A DNA stretch of 64,000 bases. It comes from an uncultured delta proteobacterium (GTDB lineage: Bacteria > Desulfobacterota > Binatia > Binatales > Binataceae). The translations under genes and the position numbers were made by a program. The notes beneath the pieces were generated by a model. The model saw only the letters and a program-made list of their open reading frames with translations. It did no database searches and had not been told where the DNA came from. Of the stretch, positions 1 to 9,065 are shown piece after piece. The stretch lies in assembly GCA_963765675.1 (NCBI GenBank), contig CAVXXK010000003.1:352001-416000 (forward strand), in the 5' to 3' direction. The stretch's first letter is position 1, and every line of letters begins with the position of its first letter.

Positions 1-120
1 AATCGGCCGGGCAGCCTGGTTCAGGTAACGGTCCAGTATAATTTCGAATTCGTCGGCGGCCTGTTTCCGTCGGCCACTTTCCCATTCACCGATACGGTTC
101 AGATGCGCATCGCGCGCTGA
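1..120 (+). CDS. 3' end of a probable TadE/TadG-like pilus assembly protein (partial, runs off the window)
   Basis: Frame 1 is open from base 1 to TGA at 118-120: NRPGSLVQVTVQYNFEFVGGLFPSATFPFTDTVQMRIAR*. This resembles the PG-x2-V-x-V-x-V-x-Y ... S/T-x-Q-M C-terminus of TadE-family proteins. Not in the ORF track. Confidence 0.5.
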   Translation, partial: NRPGSLVQVTVQYNFEFVGGLFPSATFPFTDTVQMRIAR

Positions 121-175
121 GCGCGGCACACGCCACCCGCTTTGTGCGCGGTGCGGATCGCCTGATCGCGCGCGC

Positions 176-204
176 TTGACGCGGCGGCGGTACAGTTTTA
201 AATT
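176..204 (+). promoter_or_regulatory. Putative sigma70 promoter of the GST gene (probably near-leaderless)
   Basis: TTGACG (176-181), 17 nt spacer, TAAATT (199-204). The ATG is at 214 with no obvious Shine-Dalgarno. Confidence 0.4.
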
Positions 205-213
205 GCAACCGAT

Positions 214-822
214 ATGAAAATCTACGAATTCACCCAAGCCCCGAATCCGCGCCGCGTTCGTGTCTTTCTTGCCGAGAAAGGAATCCAGGTTCCCTACGAG
301 CAGGTCAACATCGCGGCTGGCGACAATCGCAAACCCGAGTTCCTCAAGATCAATCCGATGGGCGGTCTGCCCGTGCTCGAACTCGACGACGGAACGCATA
401 TCGCCGAGTCGGTCGCGATCTGCAAGTACTTCGAGGCGCAAAGGCCCGAGCCTGCGCTGTTCGGAGTGGACGCGAAGGATAAGGCCGTAGTCGAGATGTG
501 GAACCGCCGGATGGAGTTCGAGATTCTCAGCATGGCGGCCGGCGCGTTTCGCAACACCAGCGACTTCTTCAAGGGCCGCATCCCGCAGTCGAAAGAGTAC
601 GGCGAGATCTGCCATGCCGCCGCGATCAAGCGGCTCGAGTGGCTCGACAAAGAGCTCGCGAACCGGGAGTTCATCGCGGGAGATCGCTACTCGATCGCGG
701 ATATCACGGCGCTAATCGGGATCGATTTCGGACGCACTACCGGCATCAAGATCACGCCCGAGCAGAAGAACCTCAAGCGCTGGCACGACGCCGTATCCAG
801 CCGCCCCAGCGCGAAAGCATAG
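214..822 (+). CDS. Glutathione S-transferase family protein
   Basis: 202 aa; APNPRRV, INPMGGLPVLELDDG, IAESVAI and FIAGDRYSIADI are GST N- and C-domain motifs. Confidence 0.93.
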   Translation: MKIYEFTQAPNPRRVRVFLAEKGIQVPYEQVNIAAGDNRKPEFLKINPMGGLPVLELDDGTHIAESVAICKYFEAQRPEPALFGVDAKDKAVVEMWNRRMEFEILSMAAGAFRNTSDFFKGRIPQSKEYGEICHAAAIKRLEWLDKELANREFIAGDRYSIADITALIGIDFGRTTGIKITPEQKNLKRWHDAVSSRPSAKA

Positions 823-922
823 CCGGGAGATTCGCCGATCGCCAAGATTGCGCGCAGCTGCCCTCGTGTCGCGGGCAGCGGTGAGCAAGTTTCTGTTGTG
901 TGCGCACGGCGCCAGACAAATA

Positions 923-1600
923 TTACTGGGGCGCCAACGGCGTGCGCATCCGCGCCGCCACGTACCGGCCGCTCCAGGCAAGCAGTACTATGATGGTCAC
1001 GACGCCGACGACCGGCGAGACGAGCAGGTACTCCGCGGGCGGTACGGTGAGGGCCAGTATGACGTGCAACCCGCTCATCGCGATCAGGCCGATGCCCCAG
1101 ACCAGCGTGATTGTGAAGAACGTTTGTGCGCTATCGTTCTCGATTATCCGGTTGAGTGACGCCGCACGTTCAGAAGTGCCGCCGGCCACGGCCTGCTTGG
1201 CGACGTAGAGAATGATCGGGCGGCCGATCAGCGCCGAGACTACGAGCACGAGCCCGATTGCAGCCCCGTCGAACGATCGGATAACAAGAGCGACGCGTAC
1301 GGTGGGCGCAAGCAGCGTAACGACGATGTGAAGCGCGAGCCCCGCCATCACGAGGATCGCGATTGCGTCGACGGTGCGCTTGCGAAGCAGGCTGAGAATC
1401 AGTCCGATGATGGGAAAGATCGTCGCATAGAGCAGCGGGATCACGCTGTTTTCCGGAAAATGGGATTGTAAAGCGCGATAGAGCAGAAAGGGGCAGAGCG
1501 CGTTGATCGTCAGGCTGAAACCTAGCGACGCGAGCGTTGTCCTGCGGTCGAAGCCGCGATCGGATCCGGGCGCGGGAGCGGATCGCGATTGTTCAATCAT
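923..1600 (-). CDS. Multi-pass membrane protein (VC0807/DUF3159-like)
   Basis: 225 aa with about 6 hydrophobic segments; SALIGRP and ITLVWGIGL motifs. Confidence 0.7.
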   Translation of the reverse strand: MIEQSRSAPAPGSDRGFDRRTTLASLGFSLTINALCPFLLYRALQSHFPENSVIPLLYATIFPIIGLILSLLRKRTVDAIAILVMAGLALHIVVTLLAPTVRVALVIRSFDGAAIGLVLVVSALIGRPIILYVAKQAVAGGTSERAASLNRIIENDSAQTFFTITLVWGIGLIAMSGLHVILALTVPPAEYLLVSPVVGVVTIIVLLAWSGRYVAARMRTPLAPQ

Positions 1601-1634
1601 CGTCTAGTCCAGGATTTGATTTGGACCTTCGGGA

Positions 1635-2069
1635 TCACGGCATGATTGGGGTGTAGAGGACGTACAACATGAAGTACACGACTACTCCCGTGACCGAGAC
1701 GTACATCCAGAGCGGCCAGGTCCATCGCGCGATTCTCCGATGCGAGAGGAACCGTCCGCGTAGCGCATAGGACACCGTGATCAAAACGAGCGGGACGATC
1801 ACGATCGCCAGAATCACGTGCGGGATCAGAATCGTGAAGTACACCGGACGAATCCATCCGATTCCGCTGAAGCGGATCTCGCCCGCATGCGCATGAAAGG
1901 TCAGGTACGAAACCAGGAACAGCGCCGAGACCGCAAGCGCGCTCAGCATGCACGCGCGATGCGCCGGCACATTTTTGCGTTTGATAAAGACGAATCCTGC
2001 CGCCAGCAGCACCGCGGCGATCGAATTCAGAATCGCGTTGATCTGCGGCAGGACTGAGTACGGGATCAA
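1635..2069 (-). CDS. DUF420 family membrane protein (oxidase-operon associated)
   Basis: LPQINAILN, AHRACM, LFLVSYL, YFTILIPH, HRRIARWTWPLWMYVSVTGV. Start trimmed to TTG at 2069, preceded by GGAG. Confidence 0.9.
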   Translation of the reverse strand: MIPYSVLPQINAILNSIAAVLLAAGFVFIKRKNVPAHRACMLSALAVSALFLVSYLTFHAHAGEIRFSGIGWIRPVYFTILIPHVILAIVIVPLVLITVSYALRGRFLSHRRIARWTWPLWMYVSVTGVVVYFMLYVLYTPIMP

Positions 2070-2089
2070 CGCTCCACTTCCGATTTCCG

Positions 2090-2461
2090 CTACGACGGAG
2101 GCGCCGTCGCCGGTTCTGCAGCAACCGGCGCGATGTGACGCGAATGCGCCCACGCGCGCTTGCTCAAGTCTGGGCGCAGCATCAGGTAGCAAAACGCGAC
2201 CAGGATCATCGGTGTCGCCGCAATCACCCACAATGCCTTGTGCTCGGTCGCCAGATGCATGAAGTACATCGCGACCAACAGCGCTTTTGCCATCGCCAAT
2301 GCCACCAGCAGGCCGATCTTGAGATCGGTGGGAAAGTTCATCGCATAGACCAGCAATTCGACGCCGGTCAGCACCGCCAGGTAGATGAAGACCGCGATAT
2401 AGCTCGGCCCCGTATGCTCCGCATGAGCTTCGTGGGAATTAATTGCCGCTTCAGCCGCCAT
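2090..2461 (-). CDS. ctaF: Cytochrome c oxidase subunit IV (prokaryotic)
   Basis: YIAVFIYLAVLTGVE and KALLVAMYFMHL signature; three TM segments; operon context. Confidence 0.88.
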   Translation of the reverse strand: MAAEAAINSHEAHAEHTGPSYIAVFIYLAVLTGVELLVYAMNFPTDLKIGLLVALAMAKALLVAMYFMHLATEHKALWVIAATPMILVAFCYLMLRPDLSKRAWAHSRHIAPVAAEPATAPPS

Positions 2462-2506
2462 AGTTGATCCTTGTGCCTCCCCGGGCGATCCGCGCAGGCG
2501 CGCGCA

Positions 2507-3142
2507 CTAGATCAGATAAACGAAAGTGAAAATCAGGATCCACACGAGATCGACAAAGTGCCAGTAGAGTCCCGCGATCTCGACCAGTCCCGCCTTGCTC
2601 TGCGGAATCTTGCCCATCAGGCCGCGAATCCAGATTACGGTGTTGTACACAACGCCGGCGAACACGTGGCATCCGTGGAATCCGGTCAGGATGAAAAAAG
2701 TCGCATCGAACAGATCGCGATGAATCGACATCCCGCGTTCCATCAACAGATGATGCCACTCGAAGGCCTGCATCGTGAGAAACGCGACTCCGCCGACCAT
2801 CGTCAGGAACATGAAGATTTTAAACTTCGACTGATTGCCGTTCTGCACGCCGTGGATCGACTCGACCATCGTGACGCTCGAGCAGATCAGGATGAACGTC
2901 ATGACCGCAGTGGTGGTGATGCCCAGGTAGTCGGCCGGGTTGGGCCAGTTGACGTTGTTGTAACGCAACGCGCCGTATGCGGCGATCGCCGCGCCAAAGG
3001 TCATCGCGTCGGCGGCCAGAAACGCCCACATCCCGAGCTTGCCGGAGTTACCCGGCGTTATCGAAGGTTCGGTCTCGTCCGCCACCGCGCCATGCATCGC
3101 GCCGTGCGCGTGTGGATCTACTGCCAGAGCCTCACTCATCAT
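2507..3142 (-). CDS. ctaE: Heme-copper oxidase subunit III (copy 2)
   Basis: KLGMWAFL, TFILICSSVTM, FFILTGFHGCHV, GLYWHFVDLVWI. Confidence 0.92.
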   Translation of the reverse strand: MMSEALAVDPHAHGAMHGAVADETEPSITPGNSGKLGMWAFLAADAMTFGAAIAAYGALRYNNVNWPNPADYLGITTTAVMTFILICSSVTMVESIHGVQNGNQSKFKIFMFLTMVGGVAFLTMQAFEWHHLLMERGMSIHRDLFDATFFILTGFHGCHVFAGVVYNTVIWIRGLMGKIPQSKAGLVEIAGLYWHFVDLVWILIFTFVYLI

Positions 3143-3179
3143 CGTCTCCCCATCAAATTCGAATCATGCGCGAATCGGT

Positions 3180-3434
3180 CTAGCGCCTGGAAATCGCCTG
3201 CGGCGGCTGTTTGCGAATCGAACGCCGATACGCGCCATAAAGGATCGCGCTGACAGCCGCGATCGTGATGTAAGGTCCGGCCAGCATGAACAGCACGCTG
3301 GTGTTGAAGGCGTGGATCGCGTGGTCCCCCGGCGACAAGCCGCACATCGCGCATGCGTTTGCGACTCCGGCTGCTGCCGTCAGCATCGCCGCCGCCTGTG
3401 CCAAGATTCCTGTTCCCCGCAGAATGTTCCTCAT
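3180..3434 (-). CDS. Small exported/membrane protein with a CxxC (CAMC) motif
   Basis: 84 aa: signal-like N-terminus ending ANA, then CAMC, then one TM helix (VLFMLAGPYITIAAV). GGAG RBS upstream; lies inside the oxidase operon. Confidence 0.7.
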   Translation of the reverse strand: MRNILRGTGILAQAAAMLTAAAGVANACAMCGLSPGDHAIHAFNTSVLFMLAGPYITIAAVSAILYGAYRRSIRKQPPQAISRR

Positions 3435-3477
3435 GTTCGTCTCCCTTGCCCCGCTTGCAAAAAAATACTCGCCGACA

Positions 3478-4110
3478 TCACATCAGGTAAACCAGGAAGA
3501 ACAACACCGGCCAAACCGCGCATACAAAATACCAATACACCGTGCACAGCTCGACCGGTGATGCGTTGCGCGCGTTGTAACGTCCGCGTTGAGCGGCGAA
3601 TGCGACCGCGCACAGCCATATCACTCCTGCTGCAACGTGCAGGCCGTGGAGTCCGATCAGCAGATAGAACGTCGCGCCGTAGCTGCCGCTCGAAAGTGTC
3701 AGCCCGTGTGCAACCAGCCGCACCCATTCCGATCCCTGCACCGCCAGAAACGTGACGCCGAGCAGGCCCGTGATCGCGATCCAGCGCCGTAAAATCCGCT
3801 GGCGGCTCTGATGCACCGCGCGCAGCGCCATCGTCATGGTGCCCGCGCTCGCGAGCAGGACGAAGGTATTGACCCAGGTGACGTCGATCGGCAGCCGCGG
3901 CTGCGCAGGCGGCGGCCAGAACGGCGCTTGCATGCGGAAAATGATGAACGAGCCGATGAGCGCGCTGAACAGCATCGTCTCGGTCGCGATCACCATCACG
4001 ATCGCGAGCATCGCGTTGCTGATGAAGCGGGACTCGGTCTCGTCGCCCGAGCCGCCGCCGCGCCGCGGTGGAACGATCAGTGGGCGAATTTTTGCGGTCA
4101 TTGTGCTCAC
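3478..4110 (-). CDS. ctaE: Heme-copper oxidase subunit III (copy 1)
   Basis: ETMLFSAL, NTFVLLAS, YGATFYLLIGLHGLHV, YWYFVCAVW. Confidence 0.9.
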   Translation of the reverse strand: MSTMTAKIRPLIVPPRRGGGSGDETESRFISNAMLAIVMVIATETMLFSALIGSFIIFRMQAPFWPPPAQPRLPIDVTWVNTFVLLASAGTMTMALRAVHQSRQRILRRWIAITGLLGVTFLAVQGSEWVRLVAHGLTLSSGSYGATFYLLIGLHGLHVAAGVIWLCAVAFAAQRGRYNARNASPVELCTVYWYFVCAVWPVLFFLVYLM

Positions 4111-4122
4111 GCGCTCATCGCC

Positions 4123-4245
4123 TCAGTGCTTCACCAGAATCGTCACGATCGACACCATCACCAAAAAAACCATCACGCCGAGAATAATTTTCAGAACCCG
4201 GCGGTTCTCTTCTTTTACGTCTTCGCGGCTGACCAATGCTGGCAT
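4123..4245 (-). CDS. 40-aa single-pass membrane peptide (below the ORF-track cut-off)
   Basis: ATG 4245 to TGA 4123: MPALVSREDVKEENRRVLKIILGVMVFLVMVSIVTILVKH*. Fills the gap between ctaB and ctaE. Confidence 0.6.
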   Translation of the reverse strand: MPALVSREDVKEENRRVLKIILGVMVFLVMVSIVTILVKH

Positions 4246-4254
4246 CGCTTTCGC

Positions 4255-5157
4255 CTAAATTTTATCGATCACCATCATCAGCAGAACGATCGGCAAATAA
4301 ATCAACGACGCGAACAGCAGCCGCCTGGCCGCCTGCGCGCGTCCCGGCGCGCGAACCATCGTGATACCGAATAGCAGCATCACGGCTCCGCCGATCACCG
4401 CGATCGCGCCATACACTACGCCCGCCGTCCCCATCATCCAGGGCAAAATACTTAGCACAAGCAATCCGGCGCTCGCGCCGATCACAACTGGATCAGACGG
4501 ATTGCCCCAACCTCGATCCGCGGGAAGGAGATGGATTCCGGCGCGGGCGTAATCCTCGCGAAAGAGCCGGGCGACCGCGAATGTATGCGGCAACTGCCAC
4601 AGGAACATGATCCCGAATAGCACCAGCGGCTCCGCCGCGATGCTGCCGCGAGCAGCCGCCCATCCGGCGACCGGAGGGAGAGCACCCGGAATCGCGCCGA
4701 TCACGTCGCATAGCCATGAGCGCCGTTTGAGCGGTGTGTATGCCAGCAGGTAAATCGCGGTAATCGCCGCGGTCGTCGCGGCGCAAAGCAGATTGGTCGC
4801 GGCGATCAGGTATGCAAACCCAATCGCGCTCGCGGCGCATCCGAACACCAGCGCCTCGATCGGGCGCAGCCTGCCATCCGGAAGCGGGCGATGCTGCGTG
4901 CGATGCATCAGCGCGTCGGTGTCGCGCTCCATGTATTGGTTGAGCGCGAGCGTGCCGCCCGCGGCCAGCGCGGTGCCGACGATCAAATTGAACGCGAGAA
5001 TAAAATCGAATCCGCCCGTCCCGCCGAGATAGAAACCGGCCAGAGTCGTGACCAGCACCATCGCGACCACGCGCGGCTTGGTGAGCTCGATAAATGCCAA
5101 CAGCCGCGCGCGAATCGCGCCTGCTTCGGCTTCCATCATCGCGGCTTTCGCGTTCAC
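4255..5157 (-). CDS. ctaB: Protoheme IX farnesyltransferase (heme O synthase)
   Basis: ELTKPRV, NQYMERDTDALMHRTQHRPLP, YTPLKR, GAIPGALPPVAGW, FLWQLPH. Confidence 0.96.
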   Translation of the reverse strand: MNAKAAMMEAEAGAIRARLLAFIELTKPRVVAMVLVTTLAGFYLGGTGGFDFILAFNLIVGTALAAGGTLALNQYMERDTDALMHRTQHRPLPDGRLRPIEALVFGCAASAIGFAYLIAATNLLCAATTAAITAIYLLAYTPLKRRSWLCDVIGAIPGALPPVAGWAAARGSIAAEPLVLFGIMFLWQLPHTFAVARLFREDYARAGIHLLPADRGWGNPSDPVVIGASAGLLVLSILPWMMGTAGVVYGAIAVIGGAVMLLFGITMVRAPGRAQAARRLLFASLIYLPIVLLMMVIDKI

Positions 5158-6164
5158 ACCGACACCTGATGCCCGAGCGAATGCTGTTCGCGCGCAGTGC
5201 TTGAAACCGTCTGTGCGGCTCCGCCTCGCGTCGCGATGCCATAAACATGATACGCGCGAATGGTGATCGTTAGGCTGGTCGCGAGCACCGCCGCGCCGAT
5301 CAGCACATGGCTGGTGGTTGGGATGACGGCGCGACCGCTCCAGATCGTTATCGCGCCCAGGCAGATCTGCATCACCAGCAGCAGGAACAGACCGAGTGCG
5401 GGATGACGCAGCTCGGGTTCATCGCGATGCGATCGCAAAACGCGCGCGACCGTCCATACGACCATGATCGTTACGAGCACAGCGCCGCATCGATGCGCGA
5501 AATTGACCGCGATGTATTCGTTCCAATACGGCGGAATCAACTGGCCGAACGCGAGCGGAAAATCCGGAATGGCCAGACCAGCGCCTAGATGGCGCATTAC
5601 CGCGCCAACGAGGATTTGCAGATAGATGATCGCGGTCGTCACGCCCGCAAGCATCGCCAGCGGAATTCGCACCGGCTCTTCGCTGCGACGCTCGGTGCGC
5701 GTCCATCGCGGATTGGTAAAAATCGCAATCGAGACCATCAGGCAGAAAAACGCCTGCGCGGTGCCCGCGTGCGCAACCGCGATCGGCAGCGGCAACTCGA
5801 GCAGCACCGTGATACCGCCCAGGATCGCCTGCACGATGATCAGTCCGAACGCCGCGAAGATCGTGTAGCGCACCCACTTTCGCGGCTCGACGCGCCACGC
5901 CCACGCCATCAGGATGAGCGTGAGCATCACCACGATTGCGGCGACGACGCGATGCCCGAATTCGAAGCGGATTCCGCCCTGCCACGCCGGGATGAGTTTT
6001 CCGAAAGCGAGCGGCCAGTCAGGCACCGCAAGCGCGGAACCGGTCGAGGTCACCAGGCCGCCGACGAAAATCAGGCAGAACGTCGCACCCGCCGCGAGTA
6101 TCGCAAAGCGATGCAACCCGCGTTCGCGAGCATCAGAAATTCCGCTTTCAGCTTCGATCGGCAA
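5154..6164 (-). CDS. ctaA: Heme A synthase (COX15/CtaA)
   Basis: PDWPL, EFGHR, QAILGGITV, AHAG, FAHR and SHV conserved histidines; about 8 TM segments. Confidence 0.92.
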   Translation of the reverse strand: MPIEAESGISDARERGLHRFAILAAGATFCLIFVGGLVTSTGSALAVPDWPLAFGKLIPAWQGGIRFEFGHRVVAAIVVMLTLILMAWAWRVEPRKWVRYTIFAAFGLIIVQAILGGITVLLELPLPIAVAHAGTAQAFFCLMVSIAIFTNPRWTRTERRSEEPVRIPLAMLAGVTTAIIYLQILVGAVMRHLGAGLAIPDFPLAFGQLIPPYWNEYIAVNFAHRCGAVLVTIMVVWTVARVLRSHRDEPELRHPALGLFLLLVMQICLGAITIWSGRAVIPTTSHVLIGAAVLATSLTITIRAYHVYGIATRGGAAQTVSSTAREQHSLGHQVSV

Positions 6165-6173
6165 AGCGCGTCC

Positions 6174-7928
6174 TCAATCCGCAGCCGCCGTCTCGTGTTC
6201 GGCTACCGCCCACTGTGGAAGGTAATCCTCCGCCGCCTCGGGCGAGCTGTACTCGTACGGACCGCGGAATACCTCCGGCACCCTGCCCGGCCAGTTGCCG
6301 TGTCCCGGAGGCGATGGCGCGCTCCATTCGAGCGTATTGGCGTGCCACGGATTTTCCGTCGCCTTCTGGCCTCTGTAGTAGCTCCAGATCATGTTGGCGA
6401 GGAAAAGAAACTGCGCGGAGCCGAGCACGAAGGCGCTGATCGAGATGAACGTGTTGATCGGCTGGATCGGCTTCAGAAAATCATACTGTTGCGGATTGTA
6501 GATTCGGCGCATGTGGCCGGCCATGCCGAGAATATGCATCGGAAAAAAAGTGCAGTTGAACGCGACGAACGTAATCCAGAAATGAAGCTTGCCCAGAGAT
6601 TCGTTCATCATACGTCCGAACATTTTCGGATACCAATACGTAATCCCGGCGAAGATTCCGAACAGGCTTCCGCCGAACAGCACGTAGTGGATGTGCGCGA
6701 CGATGAAGTAGGTGTCGTGGATGTACATGTCCACCGGCGTGCAGGCCATGAAGATTCCCGACAGTCCGCCGATCACGAACATCGCGACGAACGACAGCGC
6801 ATTGAGCATCGCGGCCGTGTAGTGGATGTCGCCCTTATACAGCGTGCCCAGCCAGTTGAACGTCTTAATCGCCGACGGCACCGCGATCACCATCGTGGTC
6901 AGCATGAAGCTGGTGCCGAGTTCCGGGTCCATGCCGGACTGGAACATGTGATGGCCCCACACCATCCAGGACAGTCCCGCGATCGCGCAGATCGCGTAGA
7001 CCATCGCGCGGTAGCCGAAAATCGGCTTGCGCGAGAAGGTCGCGATAACCTCGGACGCGATCCCCATCGCCGGGAGGATCATGATGTAGACCTCGGGATG
7101 CCCGAAGAACCAGAACAGATGCTGCCACAGGATCGGCTCGCCGCCGCCCGCGGGCAGGAAGAAATGGGTCCCGCCCATCCGATCGAACAGCAACAGCGCA
7201 AGCGCCGTGGTCAATACCGGCAGCGCCAGCAGCAGCAGAATCGCAGTGATGAACAACGCCCATATCACCAGCGGGAGGCGGAAGAAATGCATCCCCTTGG
7301 TTCGCATGTTGATGATCGTCGTGATGTAGTTGATCGAGCCCATCAGTGACGACACACCGAGCACAATGATGCTGATGCACCAGAGGTTCTGGCCCCAATC
7401 GACGCCGGTGTAGATCGGCACCGCGCTGAGCGGCGCATATGATGTCCATCCGGCGGCGGCCGGACCGCCTGACACGAAGAACGACGACAGCATGATCACG
7501 CCGGCGACCGCGCCCACCCAGAACGAGAGCATGTTGAGCTTGGGAAACGCCATGTCGCGCGCGCCGATCATCAGCGGAATCAGGAAATTACCGAAGCATC
7601 CGACCAGGATCGGCATCACGACGAAGAAGATCATGATCGTCGCGTGCATGGTGAGCGTCGAGTTATAGGTCGCGGCGGTTATTGCGCTGTCGTTCTGGAT
7701 CGACTGCGGAAAAAACCGCAGGAAGCTGAACTGCGTGTCGGGCCACGCCAGATCCAACCGCATCAGCATCGCCATCAGGCCGCCGATCGCCATCATGAAT
7801 AGCGCCACGAACAGGAACTGGCGCCCGATCATCTTGTGGTCTTCTGAAAAGATATAGGTGCGCCAAAATCCGAGCTCGTGATGCTCGGCGTGCGCGCCTC
7901 CAACCGCAACCGCTGCCGTGCTGCTCAT
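6174..7928 (-). CDS. ctaD: Cytochrome c oxidase subunit I, type A1
   Basis: DHKMIG, MHATIMIF, DMAFP, GWTSY, FWFFGHPEVY (A1 glutamate), WGHHMF, HDTYFIVAHIHY. Confidence 0.98.
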   Translation of the reverse strand: MSSTAAVAVGGAHAEHHELGFWRTYIFSEDHKMIGRQFLFVALFMMAIGGLMAMLMRLDLAWPDTQFSFLRFFPQSIQNDSAITAATYNSTLTMHATIMIFFVVMPILVGCFGNFLIPLMIGARDMAFPKLNMLSFWVGAVAGVIMLSSFFVSGGPAAAGWTSYAPLSAVPIYTGVDWGQNLWCISIIVLGVSSLMGSINYITTIINMRTKGMHFFRLPLVIWALFITAILLLLALPVLTTALALLLFDRMGGTHFFLPAGGGEPILWQHLFWFFGHPEVYIMILPAMGIASEVIATFSRKPIFGYRAMVYAICAIAGLSWMVWGHHMFQSGMDPELGTSFMLTTMVIAVPSAIKTFNWLGTLYKGDIHYTAAMLNALSFVAMFVIGGLSGIFMACTPVDMYIHDTYFIVAHIHYVLFGGSLFGIFAGITYWYPKMFGRMMNESLGKLHFWITFVAFNCTFFPMHILGMAGHMRRIYNPQQYDFLKPIQPINTFISISAFVLGSAQFLFLANMIWSYYRGQKATENPWHANTLEWSAPSPPGHGNWPGRVPEVFRGPYEYSSPEAAEDYLPQWAVAEHETAAAD

Positions 7929-7971
7929 CTGAGCAAATCTCCTCCGCGCTCTATCGCGGGAATCTCATCCA

Positions 7972-8643
7972 TTACTGGTTGGCGTTCGCGTACTGATCTT
8001 TGAGCCATTTCTGAAAATCCGCTTCCGATTGGACGGTCAGCGTCCCCTGCATCCCGGAGTGTCCGAATCCGCACAGCTCCGCGCACGGGATCGCATAGGT
8101 GCCGATTTCCTTCGCCTCGAACCACACGTCGATCACGCGGCCCGGCACCGCATCCTGCTTGAGCCTGAGGTTCGGCACGAAAAAGCTGTGAATGACATCT
8201 TTTGAAGCGAGGCCGATCCGCACCACCTGGTTCACCGGCACATGCATCTCGTTCTCGACAGTGACATCGTCCTTGGTGCCAAGTTTTCCGTCGGGACCCG
8301 GATAGGTGATTTCCCAGTTAAACTGCTTGGCGGTCACGTTGTAGAAGACCTGCCCCGGAGGTCCGTTCTCTTTGATGTCGGCCCAGGTCGAGCGGCTCAT
8401 CATCGCAAGGACGATCAGGATCACGGCGGTGATGCTGGTCCAGGTGACCTCGAGCCGCGTGTTGCCCTCGATATATTCGGCCTTGCGGCCGGGTCGATGC
8501 CGGTATTTGAACAGGAACGTGACCAGCGCGACCATCACCGCCAGCCACGTCACCACGACGATCCAGAAGATCAGGGTGAACAGGAAATCGATCCGCGGCC
8601 CGAACGTGGAAATATCGTGCGGGAAGTACATGAATTCCAGCAT
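7972..8643 (-). CDS. ctaC: Cytochrome c oxidase subunit II (CuA)
   Basis: Two TM helices; QFNW; DVIHSF; CAELCGFGHSGM CuA motif; no fused cytochrome c domain. Confidence 0.96.
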   Translation of the reverse strand: MLEFMYFPHDISTFGPRIDFLFTLIFWIVVVTWLAVMVALVTFLFKYRHRPGRKAEYIEGNTRLEVTWTSITAVILIVLAMMSRSTWADIKENGPPGQVFYNVTAKQFNWEITYPGPDGKLGTKDDVTVENEMHVPVNQVVRIGLASKDVIHSFFVPNLRLKQDAVPGRVIDVWFEAKEIGTYAIPCAELCGFGHSGMQGTLTVQSEADFQKWLKDQYANANQ

Positions 8644-9065
8644 CTTGGAAGCCTCACCCCCTGCGCTCTAACGCGCACGTATACCTGCTGCTCCCGAACG
8701 GACCGGCGCAGTTAGATCGGCGCGTACGCAAACCCGGATTCATAAAAGCCGCGCGATTATGCGCATCCGCGATCCGTTTAGTGAAATGAAAAATTCTGTC
8801 CGTGCCACAATCCAAAGCTTACGCAAGATAGCAGCGGCTGCGGGGATTTTCCAGTGATTGCAGGCGCTTTTGAGCCAGCGGCCGTTCCTCGCCGAATTTT
8901 CCAACCCCGCCGCAAAACCGCTCGCACGACATAAGTCGGCATTGTCCGGAGTCATTCCTTTCTTGATGCTTCAAGCGCATCGGACGCGGGGCTCTGCGTC
9001 CATTTGGCGATGCCCCGTCTTTCGGCTAGAACTCGCTAGTTGCTGATAACGGAGGTCGAGCGTTT

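Noticed and set aside
5589-7349. 586-aa + strand ORF opposite ctaA/ctaD, and similar long antisense ORFs (9302-10558, 11923-12924, 17879-19087, 55931-57166, 58035-59177)
   Set aside because: Shadow frames of high-GC genes; R/H/A-rich, no motifs, and overlapping well-supported genes.
8644-9065. Divergent promoter region of the oxidase operon, scanned for FNR/RegA boxes and riboswitches
   Set aside because: No convincing consensus site or known RNA motif seen by eye.
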